From Escherichia coli (GTDB lineage Bacteria; Pseudomonadota; Gammaproteobacteria; Enterobacterales; Enterobacteriaceae): a stretch of 64,000 nt of DNA. The position numbers and the translations under genes were made by a program. Under the pieces are notes generated by a model that saw only the letters and a program-made list of their open reading frames with translations, did no database searches and was not told where the DNA came from. The number at the start of each line of letters is the position of its first letter. Position 1 is the first letter of the stretch. The stretch is taken from NCBI RefSeq assembly GCF_044324785.1, contig NZ_CP172127.1; one strand, 5' to 3'. Below, in pieces: positions 21,133 to 29,943 of this stretch.

Positions 21133-22518
21133 TTAGAGCACGGGAGGGACAAACGGTTTGCGTCGCAGGAATCGACCTCGCCCGGCTTTGCCTGTAAAGG
21201 TGCCGTCACAGAAAATCGTTTCACCACGGGATAAGGTTCTGACAATCGCGCCCTGACAGGTAAAACCCTCCCATGGCGAATAGTCAGCGTTGTCGTGGAG
21301 ATGGCGATGCTGAATTTGTTGGCTCTGACGTGGGTCGATAATCACCACGTCGCCATCGGAACCGGGCGCTAATAATCCTTTTTGCGGCCACAGGCCAAAC
21401 AGCCTGGCGGGCATCGCGCTGGTTAATTCAACAAAACGTTCCGGTGTTATACGTCCCGTCATTACGCCACTGGAAAACAGTAACTGCATGCGGTTTTCCA
21501 CACCGGGTAAGCCATTTGGGCAGCGACTGAAATCGCCTTTAGAAATTTGCAGGCGTTGAGCCATTGAGAACGTGCAGTGATCGGTCGCCACCACGTCAAT
21601 CGCACCATCGCTGATGCCACACCACAGTTTGTCCTGCTCGCGTACGTTACGCAGCGGTGGGCTAAGAATGAACTTCATGCCATCTTCTGTATCGTAACTG
21701 CGTTCGTCCAACAGGAGATATTGTGGGCAGGTTTCAACCCAGACTGGCTGGTGATTCGCACGGGCAAGACGCAGATAATCCAGACCTAAGCCGTTAGACA
21801 GGTGCACGATATAGAGCGGGGCGTTACCGGCAATTTGTGCCAGGTTAATCATGCGGGCGATGGCTTCCGCTTCGCATTCCAGAGGGCGACTCAAGGCGTG
21901 ATAGCGCGGCGCGGTTAACCCTGCGGCGATAAACTCCGCCCGCTTGCTGGCGATAGCTGCATCATTTTCCGGGTGCACGGTGGTCAGCGCGCCGGACTCA
22001 TGCAAGCGGCGTAACGCCTGCAAAACCTCGTCATCGTTGAGTTTGTATTGATAGGTTAAATAGAGTTTAAAACTGCTCAGTCCTTCTTCGACCATCATCG
22101 GAATTTCGTCGAGGATGGCGTGATTAATGTGCTGGATCACACCGTGAAAGCTGTAGTCGATGACCGCCTTATGGGCGGCATAGCCACGATAAACCTCCAG
22201 TTGATGGCGTAACCGACAGCCGTTTGGGCCAAATCCCATATGGTCAATAATGGTTGTTGTACCGCCACACGCAGCTGCGCGGGTACCGGTAAAAAAATCA
22301 TCACAACTGCGCGCGATGCCGACATCAATATTGAAATGCGTATGGACATCCACGCCGCCAGGGAAAACGTAACAGCCAGTGGCATCAATTTCTTCATACG
22401 GGAGCTGCGGCGAAATATTGTTGCCCAACTGGCGAACAATCCCGCTTTCAATCAGCAAATCCTGTTTGGCTTGTCCATCTGCGTTAACGACAGTGCCGTT
22501 TTTGATCAATACGCGCAT
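21133..22518 (-). CDS. hyuA: D-hydantoinase / cyclic amidohydrolase
   Basis: ORF 21133..22530 trimmed to MRVLIKNGTVV... (461 aa); HxH (DVHTHF) metal motif; synteny. Confidence 0.85.
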   Translation of the reverse strand: MRVLIKNGTVVNADGQAKQDLLIESGIVRQLGNNISPQLPYEEIDATGCYVFPGGVDVHTHFNIDVGIARSCDDFFTGTRAAACGGTTTIIDHMGFGPNGCRLRHQLEVYRGYAAHKAVIDYSFHGVIQHINHAILDEIPMMVEEGLSSFKLYLTYQYKLNDDEVLQALRRLHESGALTTVHPENDAAIASKRAEFIAAGLTAPRYHALSRPLECEAEAIARMINLAQIAGNAPLYIVHLSNGLGLDYLRLARANHQPVWVETCPQYLLLDERSYDTEDGMKFILSPPLRNVREQDKLWCGISDGAIDVVATDHCTFSMAQRLQISKGDFSRCPNGLPGVENRMQLLFSSGVMTGRITPERFVELTSAMPARLFGLWPQKGLLAPGSDGDVVIIDPRQSQQIQHRHLHDNADYSPWEGFTCQGAIVRTLSRGETIFCDGTFTGKAGRGRFLRRKPFVPPVL

Positions 22519-22526
22519 AGCAAACT

Positions 22527-22553
22527 CCAAAAACCCTCCGGCGAACCGGAGGG
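22527..22553 (-). terminator. Intercistronic hairpin plus T-run between ygeY and hyuA (possible attenuator)
   Basis: ccctccgg-cgaa-ccggaggg followed on the minus strand by TTTTTGGAG; the T-run overlaps the hyuA RBS. Confidence 0.4.
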
Positions 22554-22570
22554 GAATAAGTGAAGAGTAA

Positions 22571-23782
22571 TTATTCGGTTGCCAGCCAGCTTAACGGGAT
22601 TGCAGCGTACATCGCGGCACAGGTCACCAGGTGAGATTTCCAGGTTTTTTCGTTAGGTGCATGCGCTTCAGGTTCTTTACCCGGGCCAAAGCCGATCACC
22701 GGAATGCCGTGACGGCCCATGATAGATACGCCGTTAGTTGAGAAGGTCCACTTATCAACAACCGGCGCTTTGCCAAACAGCCCTTCGTAGGCATTCACCA
22801 GTGCTTTAACGGTGAAGTGATCTTCTTCCACTTTCCAGGTCGGGAAGTAGCATTCGGTTGGGTAAACCAGGCCAGTCCAGGACGGACGGTCGTAGTTGTA
22901 CATAGAAACAACCGCGTTAGCTTTCTGTACTGCAGGCAGGGCGCGGATTTCGTCCAGCGCGCCTTCCCAGGTTTCGCCCCAGGTCAGACGGCGGTCAATA
23001 GAGACGGCGCAGCTATCTGCTACTGCGCAACGGCTTGGGGATGTGAAGAAGATTTCAGAAACGGTGAGGGTGCCTTTGCCGAGGAATTCGTCATAACCCA
23101 GACGTTGGGAGAGTTCTTGTAATTCGCCAAGAATCGGACCCATTTTGAAAATGGCGTTGTCACCGCGTTCTGGTGCAGAACCGTGGCAGCTAACACCCTG
23201 AACATCAATACGAATTTCCATACGACCGCGTTGACCACGGTATACCTGGCAATCAGTCGGTTCAGTACTGACCACAAATTCCGGGCGAATGCCGGATTGT
23301 TCAATAATGTACTGCCAGCACAGACCGTCGCAGTCTTCTTCCTGCACCGTACCGGTAACCAGCAGGGTATATTCATCTTCCAGACCGAGGTCTTTAATGA
23401 TTTTACCGGCATAAACCATAGAGGCCATGCCGCCTTCCTGGTCGGAAGTACCGCGACCACCGATCAGTTCATCAGTTTCCATGCCTTCGTACGGATCGAA
23501 GTCCCAGTTTTTGATGTTGCCAATGCCGACGGTATCAATATGAGCGTCCATTGCCACCAGACGCGGGCCGTGGCCGATATAACCGAGAACGTTGCCCATC
23601 GGGTCGATTTCAACTTTATCGAAGCCGACTTTTTCCATCTCTTCTTTAATACGATGTACTACGCGTTTTTCATCGCAGCTTTCACTGGGAATAGCAACCA
23701 TATCGCGCAGAAAGCGAGTCATGTCTGCCTGGTAATCTTTTGCTTTTTCAAGAATCAGTTTGAATGGAATATTCTTAGCCAT
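22571..23782 (-). CDS. ygeY: M20-family peptidase (ArgE/DapE-like)
   Basis: 403 aa; M20 metal-binding pattern; synteny. Confidence 0.85.
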
Positions 23783-23839
23783 TATTTTTCTCCAGATTTT
23801 TTACTCCCCGTTTTGCGGGGAGCAGTTCCAATAGGGTGA

Positions 23840-25036
23840 TTAAGGTGCTACAGCGTGTTTGCCTTCCCAGACAACTTCGCGGTAGTGCTTCACGTCTGTG
23901 TCGCCTTCAGTGCTGATAACCAGCACTACGGCATCTTTGTTCAGCGCCAGTTTTTCCATCAGGCTTTGACGTTGCGGGTGATAATGAACCGCTGCGAGAA
24001 CGCCCAAACCGACAGCGCCAGATTCACCGGAGATGATGCGTGGATCGTTGCCGTACGGATTACCCAGTACGCGCATACCTAATGCGGCAACGCTGTCCTG
24101 GCAGGAGATGAATTGGGTGGCGCAGTTACGTAGGATTTCCCAGCCCAGCGGGTTAGGTTCGCCACAGGCCAGGCCTGCCATGATGGTGGCCATATCACCG
24201 CCAACGTTGACGATGTCGCCTTTGACGCCAGAGCGATAAATACAGTCAGCTTTGTCAGGTTCAACAATAATGCTGTGCAGATTTTGCGGGCTGTAGACGT
24301 CGACCAGATAACCCAGCACACCACCAGCCATTGCACCGACACCGGCTTGCAGCAGAACGTGCGTCGGGGTTACGCCCATTTCACGCATTTGCTCGACGGC
24401 TTCATCTGCCAGTGTTGCGTAGCCTTGCATGATCCAGGTTGGGATTTTGGTGTAACCTTCCCAGGCGGTATCTTGCACCACTTCCCAGCCGTGCTGCTGC
24501 GCGTGTTGCATGGTCAGGCGAACGGTATCGTCATAGTTCATATCCGTGACGATGCACTCGGCACCGAGGTTCAGAATGGCGTCAACGCGTTCCTGAGCAG
24601 AACCTTTCGGCATGTAAATCACCGCATTCTGTCCGAGTTGCTGTGCTGCCCACGCCACACCGCGCCCGTGGTTGCCGTCGGTGGTGGTCGCGAAAGTCAT
24701 TTTTTCGCCGATGGCATTTTTCAGGTGCTCAAATGACAGCGTTTCGATATCAAGATGATATTTTTCGCACAATAATTGAGCGATGGCGTATGCACCGCCG
24801 AGCATTTTGAAGGCGTTCAGACCGAATCGTTTTGATTCGTCTTTGACGAGAATTTTCTTCACACCAAAAAGGTTTGCGAGATCGTCCAGCGCACAAAGCG
24901 GTGTTGGGCGATAACCAGCAATTTTCTGGTGGAACTGGCGCGCCAGTTTGGCCTGGCTTTGCGAAAAGAGCGGTGATGTTTCGCCGTTGAAAAATTTGTT
25001 ATCGGCGATATCAATCTTCAATGAGAAAACGGACAT
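23840..25036 (-). CDS. ygeX: PLP-dependent 2,3-diaminopropionate ammonia-lyase
   Basis: 398 aa; PLP-lysine region (NAFKMLGG); synteny with K-12 ygeX (dpaL). Confidence 0.85.
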   Translation of the reverse strand: MSVFSLKIDIADNKFFNGETSPLFSQSQAKLARQFHQKIAGYRPTPLCALDDLANLFGVKKILVKDESKRFGLNAFKMLGGAYAIAQLLCEKYHLDIETLSFEHLKNAIGEKMTFATTTDGNHGRGVAWAAQQLGQNAVIYMPKGSAQERVDAILNLGAECIVTDMNYDDTVRLTMQHAQQHGWEVVQDTAWEGYTKIPTWIMQGYATLADEAVEQMREMGVTPTHVLLQAGVGAMAGGVLGYLVDVYSPQNLHSIIVEPDKADCIYRSGVKGDIVNVGGDMATIMAGLACGEPNPLGWEILRNCATQFISCQDSVAALGMRVLGNPYGNDPRIISGESGAVGLGVLAAVHYHPQRQSLMEKLALNKDAVVLVISTEGDTDVKHYREVVWEGKHAVAP

Positions 25037-25093
25037 ATCCTATCCTTTTGGCCTCTGGAAATAGAGGGCCGACCAGCTGATCGGCCCGAGGGG

Positions 25094-26284
25094 TTATTTC
25101 ACGCGTTCTTGCGCTTCTTTCAGCAGTTGCTCGAGCAGTGCACCTGGTTTGGCGTATTTACGGGACAGGATCATCGCGGCGATGATATAAGGCTTCCAGC
25201 TGGCTTCTTTGTAGGTCGCGATACGGTATTTTTCGAATACGCCTTCAGTCACTTCACCTTCTTTGCAGGATACGCCGCTGATATCAGCTGGCAGGCAGTG
25301 CATGTACAGGGCTTCGCCATCACGGGTCAGTTCCATCATCTCTTCGGTGCAATGCCAGTCTTTGTGCTGAGCGTTCTGCGCCAGACACTGTTTTTCCAGT
25401 GCTTTTAAGCCTTCGTGATCGTTAGCGCGCAGCAATTCAGTACGCTCTTCCATCACTTTGTAAGGTGCCCATGACTTCGGATAAACGATGTCTGCGTCTT
25501 TGAAGGCTTCTTCCATGCTGGTGACCTGACGGAAGCTACCGCCGGAGGCTTTAGCATTGTTTTTAGCGACTTCAACGACATCCGGGATCAGGTCGTAGCC
25601 TTCCGGATGGGCCAGGGTGACATCCATACCGAAGCGAGTCATCAGACCGATGATGCCTTGTGGTACAGAGAGCGGTTTGCCATAGCTTGGGGAGTAGGCC
25701 CAGGTCATGGCGATTTTTTTACCTTTCAGGTTTTCCAGTGAACCAAAGTGTTCACGTAACCATGCGAGGTCAGCCATTGACTGAGTCGGGTGGTCAATAT
25801 CGCATTGCAGGTTCACTAAAGCCGGACGCTGCGGCAGTACGCCCTGCTTGTAGCCGTCATCAAGTGCAGCGCCAACTTCACGCATATAAGCGTTGCCTGC
25901 GCCCAGATACATATCGTCACGAATACCGATGGCATCGGCGCAGAAGGAGATCATATTGGCGGTTTCACGCACGGTTTCGCCGTGAGCGATTTGTGATTTG
26001 CCTTCGTCGAGATCTTGCTGTGCAAGGCCGAGCAGGTTAAGCGCGGAAGCATAAGAGAAGCGGGTACGGGTGGAGTTGTCGCGGAATACGGAAATACCTA
26101 ATCCACTATTAAAGACTTTGGTTGAGATGTTTTCAGCACGCAGTGCTTTTAATGCTGCGGCAACGTCCAGTACTTGTTTCAGTTCATCTGGCGTCTGTTC
26201 CCACGTTAACAAAAAATCTTTCTCGTGAAGGTGAGAGGTCAGCGAATTGATATCCTTAATCAGCTCATTAACAGTTTTCATCAT
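25094..26284 (-). CDS. ygeW: Carbamoyltransferase (ATCase/OTCase family)
   Basis: 396 aa; carbamoyl-phosphate binding STRTR and HCLP motifs present. Confidence 0.85.
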   Translation of the reverse strand: MMKTVNELIKDINSLTSHLHEKDFLLTWEQTPDELKQVLDVAAALKALRAENISTKVFNSGLGISVFRDNSTRTRFSYASALNLLGLAQQDLDEGKSQIAHGETVRETANMISFCADAIGIRDDMYLGAGNAYMREVGAALDDGYKQGVLPQRPALVNLQCDIDHPTQSMADLAWLREHFGSLENLKGKKIAMTWAYSPSYGKPLSVPQGIIGLMTRFGMDVTLAHPEGYDLIPDVVEVAKNNAKASGGSFRQVTSMEEAFKDADIVYPKSWAPYKVMEERTELLRANDHEGLKALEKQCLAQNAQHKDWHCTEEMMELTRDGEALYMHCLPADISGVSCKEGEVTEGVFEKYRIATYKEASWKPYIIAAMILSRKYAKPGALLEQLLKEAQERVK

Positions 26285-26376
26285 AAAGTCCCGGTAGTGG
26301 AATGACAGGCAAAGAGGTTTATTTCACTGTGACTTGCCAAAAGTGATTGGTCTTTTCACAGCTATACCTGGGACTA

Positions 26377-26391
26377 ACAATAACTATGCCA
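26377..26391 (-). promoter_or_regulatory. Candidate sigma54 (-24/-12) promoter for ygeW
   Basis: Minus-strand TGGCAT-N5-TTGT (consensus TGGCAC-N5-TTGC; one mismatch in the -12 element) about 95 bp upstream of ygeW, next to the divergently encoded sigma54 activator ygeV. Confidence 0.3.
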
Positions 26392-26760
26392 GAATTATCC
26401 AAGCGGCTGCAAAAGACTAATTTGACGGGTAATGTGTGGGGTTGATCACAAATTGATGCCAGCTTCTGGTTGTTTGTAAAATACGAAAACGTTTGGCTTT
26501 TTTTATCGCGTTATTTATTTGCTGCTAAGTATCAGAAATAAGATAAAGGGGCAGGTTATCCCTCGTCAGTTTGATAAACTCACCGCCGTAATTCTCATAT
26601 TGATATAGAAATGTGATATCTCTTCCATAATTTCATTAGAAAGTGATAAAAATCTTATGTTTTTATCAAAGCCAATTTCGTCTGAGTTAATATCATCATG
26701 ATCTGTGAACCATCAACGTCTTCAATGATCGACTTTTAAGTAAGTCTGGAAGGTAAAGCT

Positions 26761-28539
26761 ATGGAGCTTGCTACTACGCAGTCAGTACTGATGCAAATTC
26801 AACCGACAATTCAGCGTTTTGCCAGAATGCTTGCCAGCGTTTTGCAGCTTGAGGTTGAGATCGTTGATGAAAACTTGTGTCGCGTCGCCGGAACGGGCGC
26901 GTATGGGAAGTTTCTTGGTCGCCAGTTGAGCGGCAACTCACGCCTGCTCCGCCACGTCCTGGAAACGAAAACTGAAAAAGTTGTGACACAATCTCGCTTC
27001 GATCCCCTTTGCGAAGGTTGCGATAGTAAAGAAAATTGCCGTGAAAAAGCATTTCTGGGTACGCCTGTCATTTTACAGGATCGTTGTGTTGGGGTGATAA
27101 GTTTGATTGCCGTTACCCACGAGCAACAAGAACATATCAGTGATAATTTACGCGAATTTTCTGATTACGTTCGCCATATATCCACCATTTTTGTTTCGAA
27201 ACTTCTGGAGGATCAGGGGCCAGGAGATAACATCAGTAAAATATTCGCGACCATGATCGATAATATGGATCAGGGCGTATTAGTTGTTGATGATGAAAGT
27301 CGGGTTCAGTTTGTTAATCAGACTGCCTTAAAAACACTCGGTGTTGTGCAAAATAATATTATTGGGAAACCTATCCGTTTCAGACCATTAACATTTGAGA
27401 GTAATTTTACCCATGGACATATGCAGCATATTGTTTCGTGGGACGATAAAAGTGAATTAATCATTGGTCAATTGCATAACATTCAGGGCCGACAATTATT
27501 TTTAATGGCGTTTCACCAATCGCATACCAGTTTTTCTGTAGCAAATGCACCTGATGAACCGCATATTGAACAATTGGTTGGCGAGTGCCGTGTTATGCGG
27601 CAATTAAAACGACTCATTAGCCGTATTGCACCCAGCCCATCCAGCGTTATGGTGGTTGGTGAAAGCGGCACGGGTAAAGAAGTCGTCGCCCGTGCAATCC
27701 ATAAGTTGAGCGGAAGACGGAATAAACCTTTTATTGCTATCAACTGTGCCGCGATTCCGGAGCAGCTTCTGGAGAGCGAACTGTTCGGTTATGTTAAAGG
27801 CGCATTTACTGGCGCTTCTGCCAACGGTAAAACAGGGTTGATTCAGGCGGCGAATACGGGCACGCTGTTTCTCGATGAAATAGGTGATATGCCATTAATG
27901 TTGCAGGCTAAATTACTGCGCGCTATTGAGGCGCGTGAAATTCTGCCGATTGGTGCCAGTAGCCCAATACAAGTCGACATCCGCATCATTTCTGCAACTA
28001 ATCAGAATTTGGCCCAGTTCATTGCCGAAGGTAAATTCCGCGAAGATCTCTTCTACCGACTTAATGTTATCCCGATAACTCTTCCACCGCTGCGTGAACG
28101 TCAGGAAGATATTGAACTACTAGTGCATTACTTTTTACATCTGCATACCCGTCGTCTGGGATCGGTTTATCCTGGCATTGCTCCTGATGTCGTCGAAATA
28201 TTGCGTAAGCATCGTTGGCCCGGAAACCTGCGCGAGTTAAGCAATTTGATGGAATATCTGGTTAACGTTGTTCCTTCAGGTGAAGTTATCGATAGCACGC
28301 TATTGCCGCCAAATCTGCTGAATAATGGCACAACGGAACAAAGTGATGTAACAGAGGTCAGCGAGGCGCACCTCGCACTCGATGATGCGGGCGGCACGGC
28401 GCTGGAGGAGATGGAAAAGCAAATGATCCGCGAGGCGCTTTCACGTCATAACAGCAAGAAGCAAGTTGCTGATGAACTGGGCATCGGCATTGCTACGCTC
28501 TATCGCAAGATTAAAAAATATGAGTTGTTAAACACATAA
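26761..28539 (+). CDS. ygeV: Sigma54-dependent transcriptional activator (enhancer-binding protein)
   Basis: 592 aa; AAA+ core with Walker A GESGTGKE and the sigma54-contact GAFTGA motif; C-terminal HTH. Confidence 0.85.
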   Translation: MELATTQSVLMQIQPTIQRFARMLASVLQLEVEIVDENLCRVAGTGAYGKFLGRQLSGNSRLLRHVLETKTEKVVTQSRFDPLCEGCDSKENCREKAFLGTPVILQDRCVGVISLIAVTHEQQEHISDNLREFSDYVRHISTIFVSKLLEDQGPGDNISKIFATMIDNMDQGVLVVDDESRVQFVNQTALKTLGVVQNNIIGKPIRFRPLTFESNFTHGHMQHIVSWDDKSELIIGQLHNIQGRQLFLMAFHQSHTSFSVANAPDEPHIEQLVGECRVMRQLKRLISRIAPSPSSVMVVGESGTGKEVVARAIHKLSGRRNKPFIAINCAAIPEQLLESELFGYVKGAFTGASANGKTGLIQAANTGTLFLDEIGDMPLMLQAKLLRAIEAREILPIGASSPIQVDIRIISATNQNLAQFIAEGKFREDLFYRLNVIPITLPPLRERQEDIELLVHYFLHLHTRRLGSVYPGIAPDVVEILRKHRWPGNLRELSNLMEYLVNVVPSGEVIDSTLLPPNLLNNGTTEQSDVTEVSEAHLALDDAGGTALEEMEKQMIREALSRHNSKKQVADELGIGIATLYRKIKKYELLNT

Positions 28540-28550
28540 CCTCAGTGAAT

Positions 28551-28570
28551 CCGGCCTGAATTCAGGCCGG
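28551..28570. terminator. Perfect palindrome between convergent ygeV and xdhC
   Basis: ccggcctgaa|ttcaggccgg followed by atatcctttt. Confidence 0.5.
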
Positions 28571-28578
28571 ATATCCTT

Positions 28579-29058
28579 TTACTTCGTTTTCTCGCAATCC
28601 AGAACTGTATTTACAATCATCTGATACCCCGTGCAGCGACAAAGATTTCCCGCCAGACCGCGACGAATTTCCGTAATGGTTAATGGCTTCTCGCGTGGTT
28701 TCGCCAACATTGCCGTGGTAGCCATAATCAGGCCTGGCGTACAAAACCCGCACTGCACCGCGCCGGATTTCGCATAAGCCTGCTGAACATGAGAAAGTTT
28801 TCCGCCTTTCGCTTCACCTTCCAGCGTGCGGATCTCTTTTCCTTCAGCCCAGGCGGCAAGGTATAAGCAACTGTCTATTGCTGTGCCGTCGACCAGCACC
28901 GTACAGGCACCACATTCACCCACGCAGCACCCTTGTTTGACACTTAACAGTCCTTGATCGCGGAGTAATTCCGAGAGCGGCATGCCTGGTGCGGCGTGAA
29001 GCTGAAAAGGCATCCCGTTAATGGTGCATTCGATGGTAATTGTTTCGCTGTGATTCAT
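28579..29058 (-). CDS. xdhC: Xanthine dehydrogenase [2Fe-2S] subunit
   Basis: 159 aa; two 2Fe-2S Cys clusters (CxxGxCGxCxV..C and CGFCTPG..C..C). Confidence 0.85.
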   Translation of the reverse strand: MNHSETITIECTINGMPFQLHAAPGMPLSELLRDQGLLSVKQGCCVGECGACTVLVDGTAIDSCLYLAAWAEGKEIRTLEGEAKGGKLSHVQQAYAKSGAVQCGFCTPGLIMATTAMLAKPREKPLTITEIRRGLAGNLCRCTGYQMIVNTVLDCEKTK

Positions 29059-29933
29059 TGCAATTTTCCCCCCGCCGCGGCGACGGCTTCGCTAATCACT
29101 TTTTTGGTCATCGTCTGGATGAGATGCAGACGAAACTCTTTACTGGCCCGCCATGAAGAACGCGGGGCGACATCTTGCAGGACAGATTCGCTGATAGCTT
29201 CCAGCGTTTGCAGGTTTAATGGCGCATTTTGTGCAGTCTGTTCGGCATGTTGGCAGCGAATCGGCGTTGGCGCGGCAACACCAAATGCCAGACGTAATTC
29301 GCTGAAATTGCCGTTATCCAGTCGGCAATGTGCGGCGCAGCCAATCGTTGAAATATCCATTGCGTCGCGCATGGCATATTTAAAATGCGCGCTGCCCGCG
29401 TGTTCTTTCGGCTGGGGCGGAAAATGAAAGGCGACAAGGATTTCGTCATGCTCAAGAGACACTTTGCCCGGCCCAGTGTGAAAGCCATTAATCGGGACGA
29501 AACGAACACCGCGCGGGGAGTGAATCTCCAGTTTCGCGTCATAAATTAGCGTTGGCGTGGCAGAATCTGCGCTGGTAGCACCGTTGCAAATATTTCCACC
29601 GTAGGTAGCGACGTTACGGATCTGCGGTCCGGCAATGGATGAGGCCGCAGCACATAACGCCGGGAGATGACGTTGAGTTACAGGATCTTCAATGAGCTGG
29701 GTAAATGTCGTTGCAGAGCCGATACGTAGCGAGCCATCTTCCGCCAGCGTAATTCCCCGCAGCTCCGCCAGATTGTGAATATCAACAATATGGCGATAAC
29801 GGTCATTGTGATGGTGGAGCTGAATCAGTACGTCAGTGCCACCGGCGAGCAGTTTGGCCTGCGGGTTGTCAGCCAGCAGGTTGATGGCATCGGCAAGGGT
29901 TGCTGCGCGATGGTAAGAAGCAAAATCAAACAT
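29055..29933 (-). CDS. xdhB: Xanthine dehydrogenase FAD-binding subunit
   Basis: 292 aa; FAD-binding (AGGTD) motif; overlaps xdhC start by 4 nt. Confidence 0.85.
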   Translation of the reverse strand: MFDFASYHRAATLADAINLLADNPQAKLLAGGTDVLIQLHHHNDRYRHIVDIHNLAELRGITLAEDGSLRIGSATTFTQLIEDPVTQRHLPALCAAASSIAGPQIRNVATYGGNICNGATSADSATPTLIYDAKLEIHSPRGVRFVPINGFHTGPGKVSLEHDEILVAFHFPPQPKEHAGSAHFKYAMRDAMDISTIGCAAHCRLDNGNFSELRLAFGVAAPTPIRCQHAEQTAQNAPLNLQTLEAISESVLQDVAPRSSWRASKEFRLHLIQTMTKKVISEAVAAAGGKLQ

Positions 29934-29943
29934 GATGTTATCC

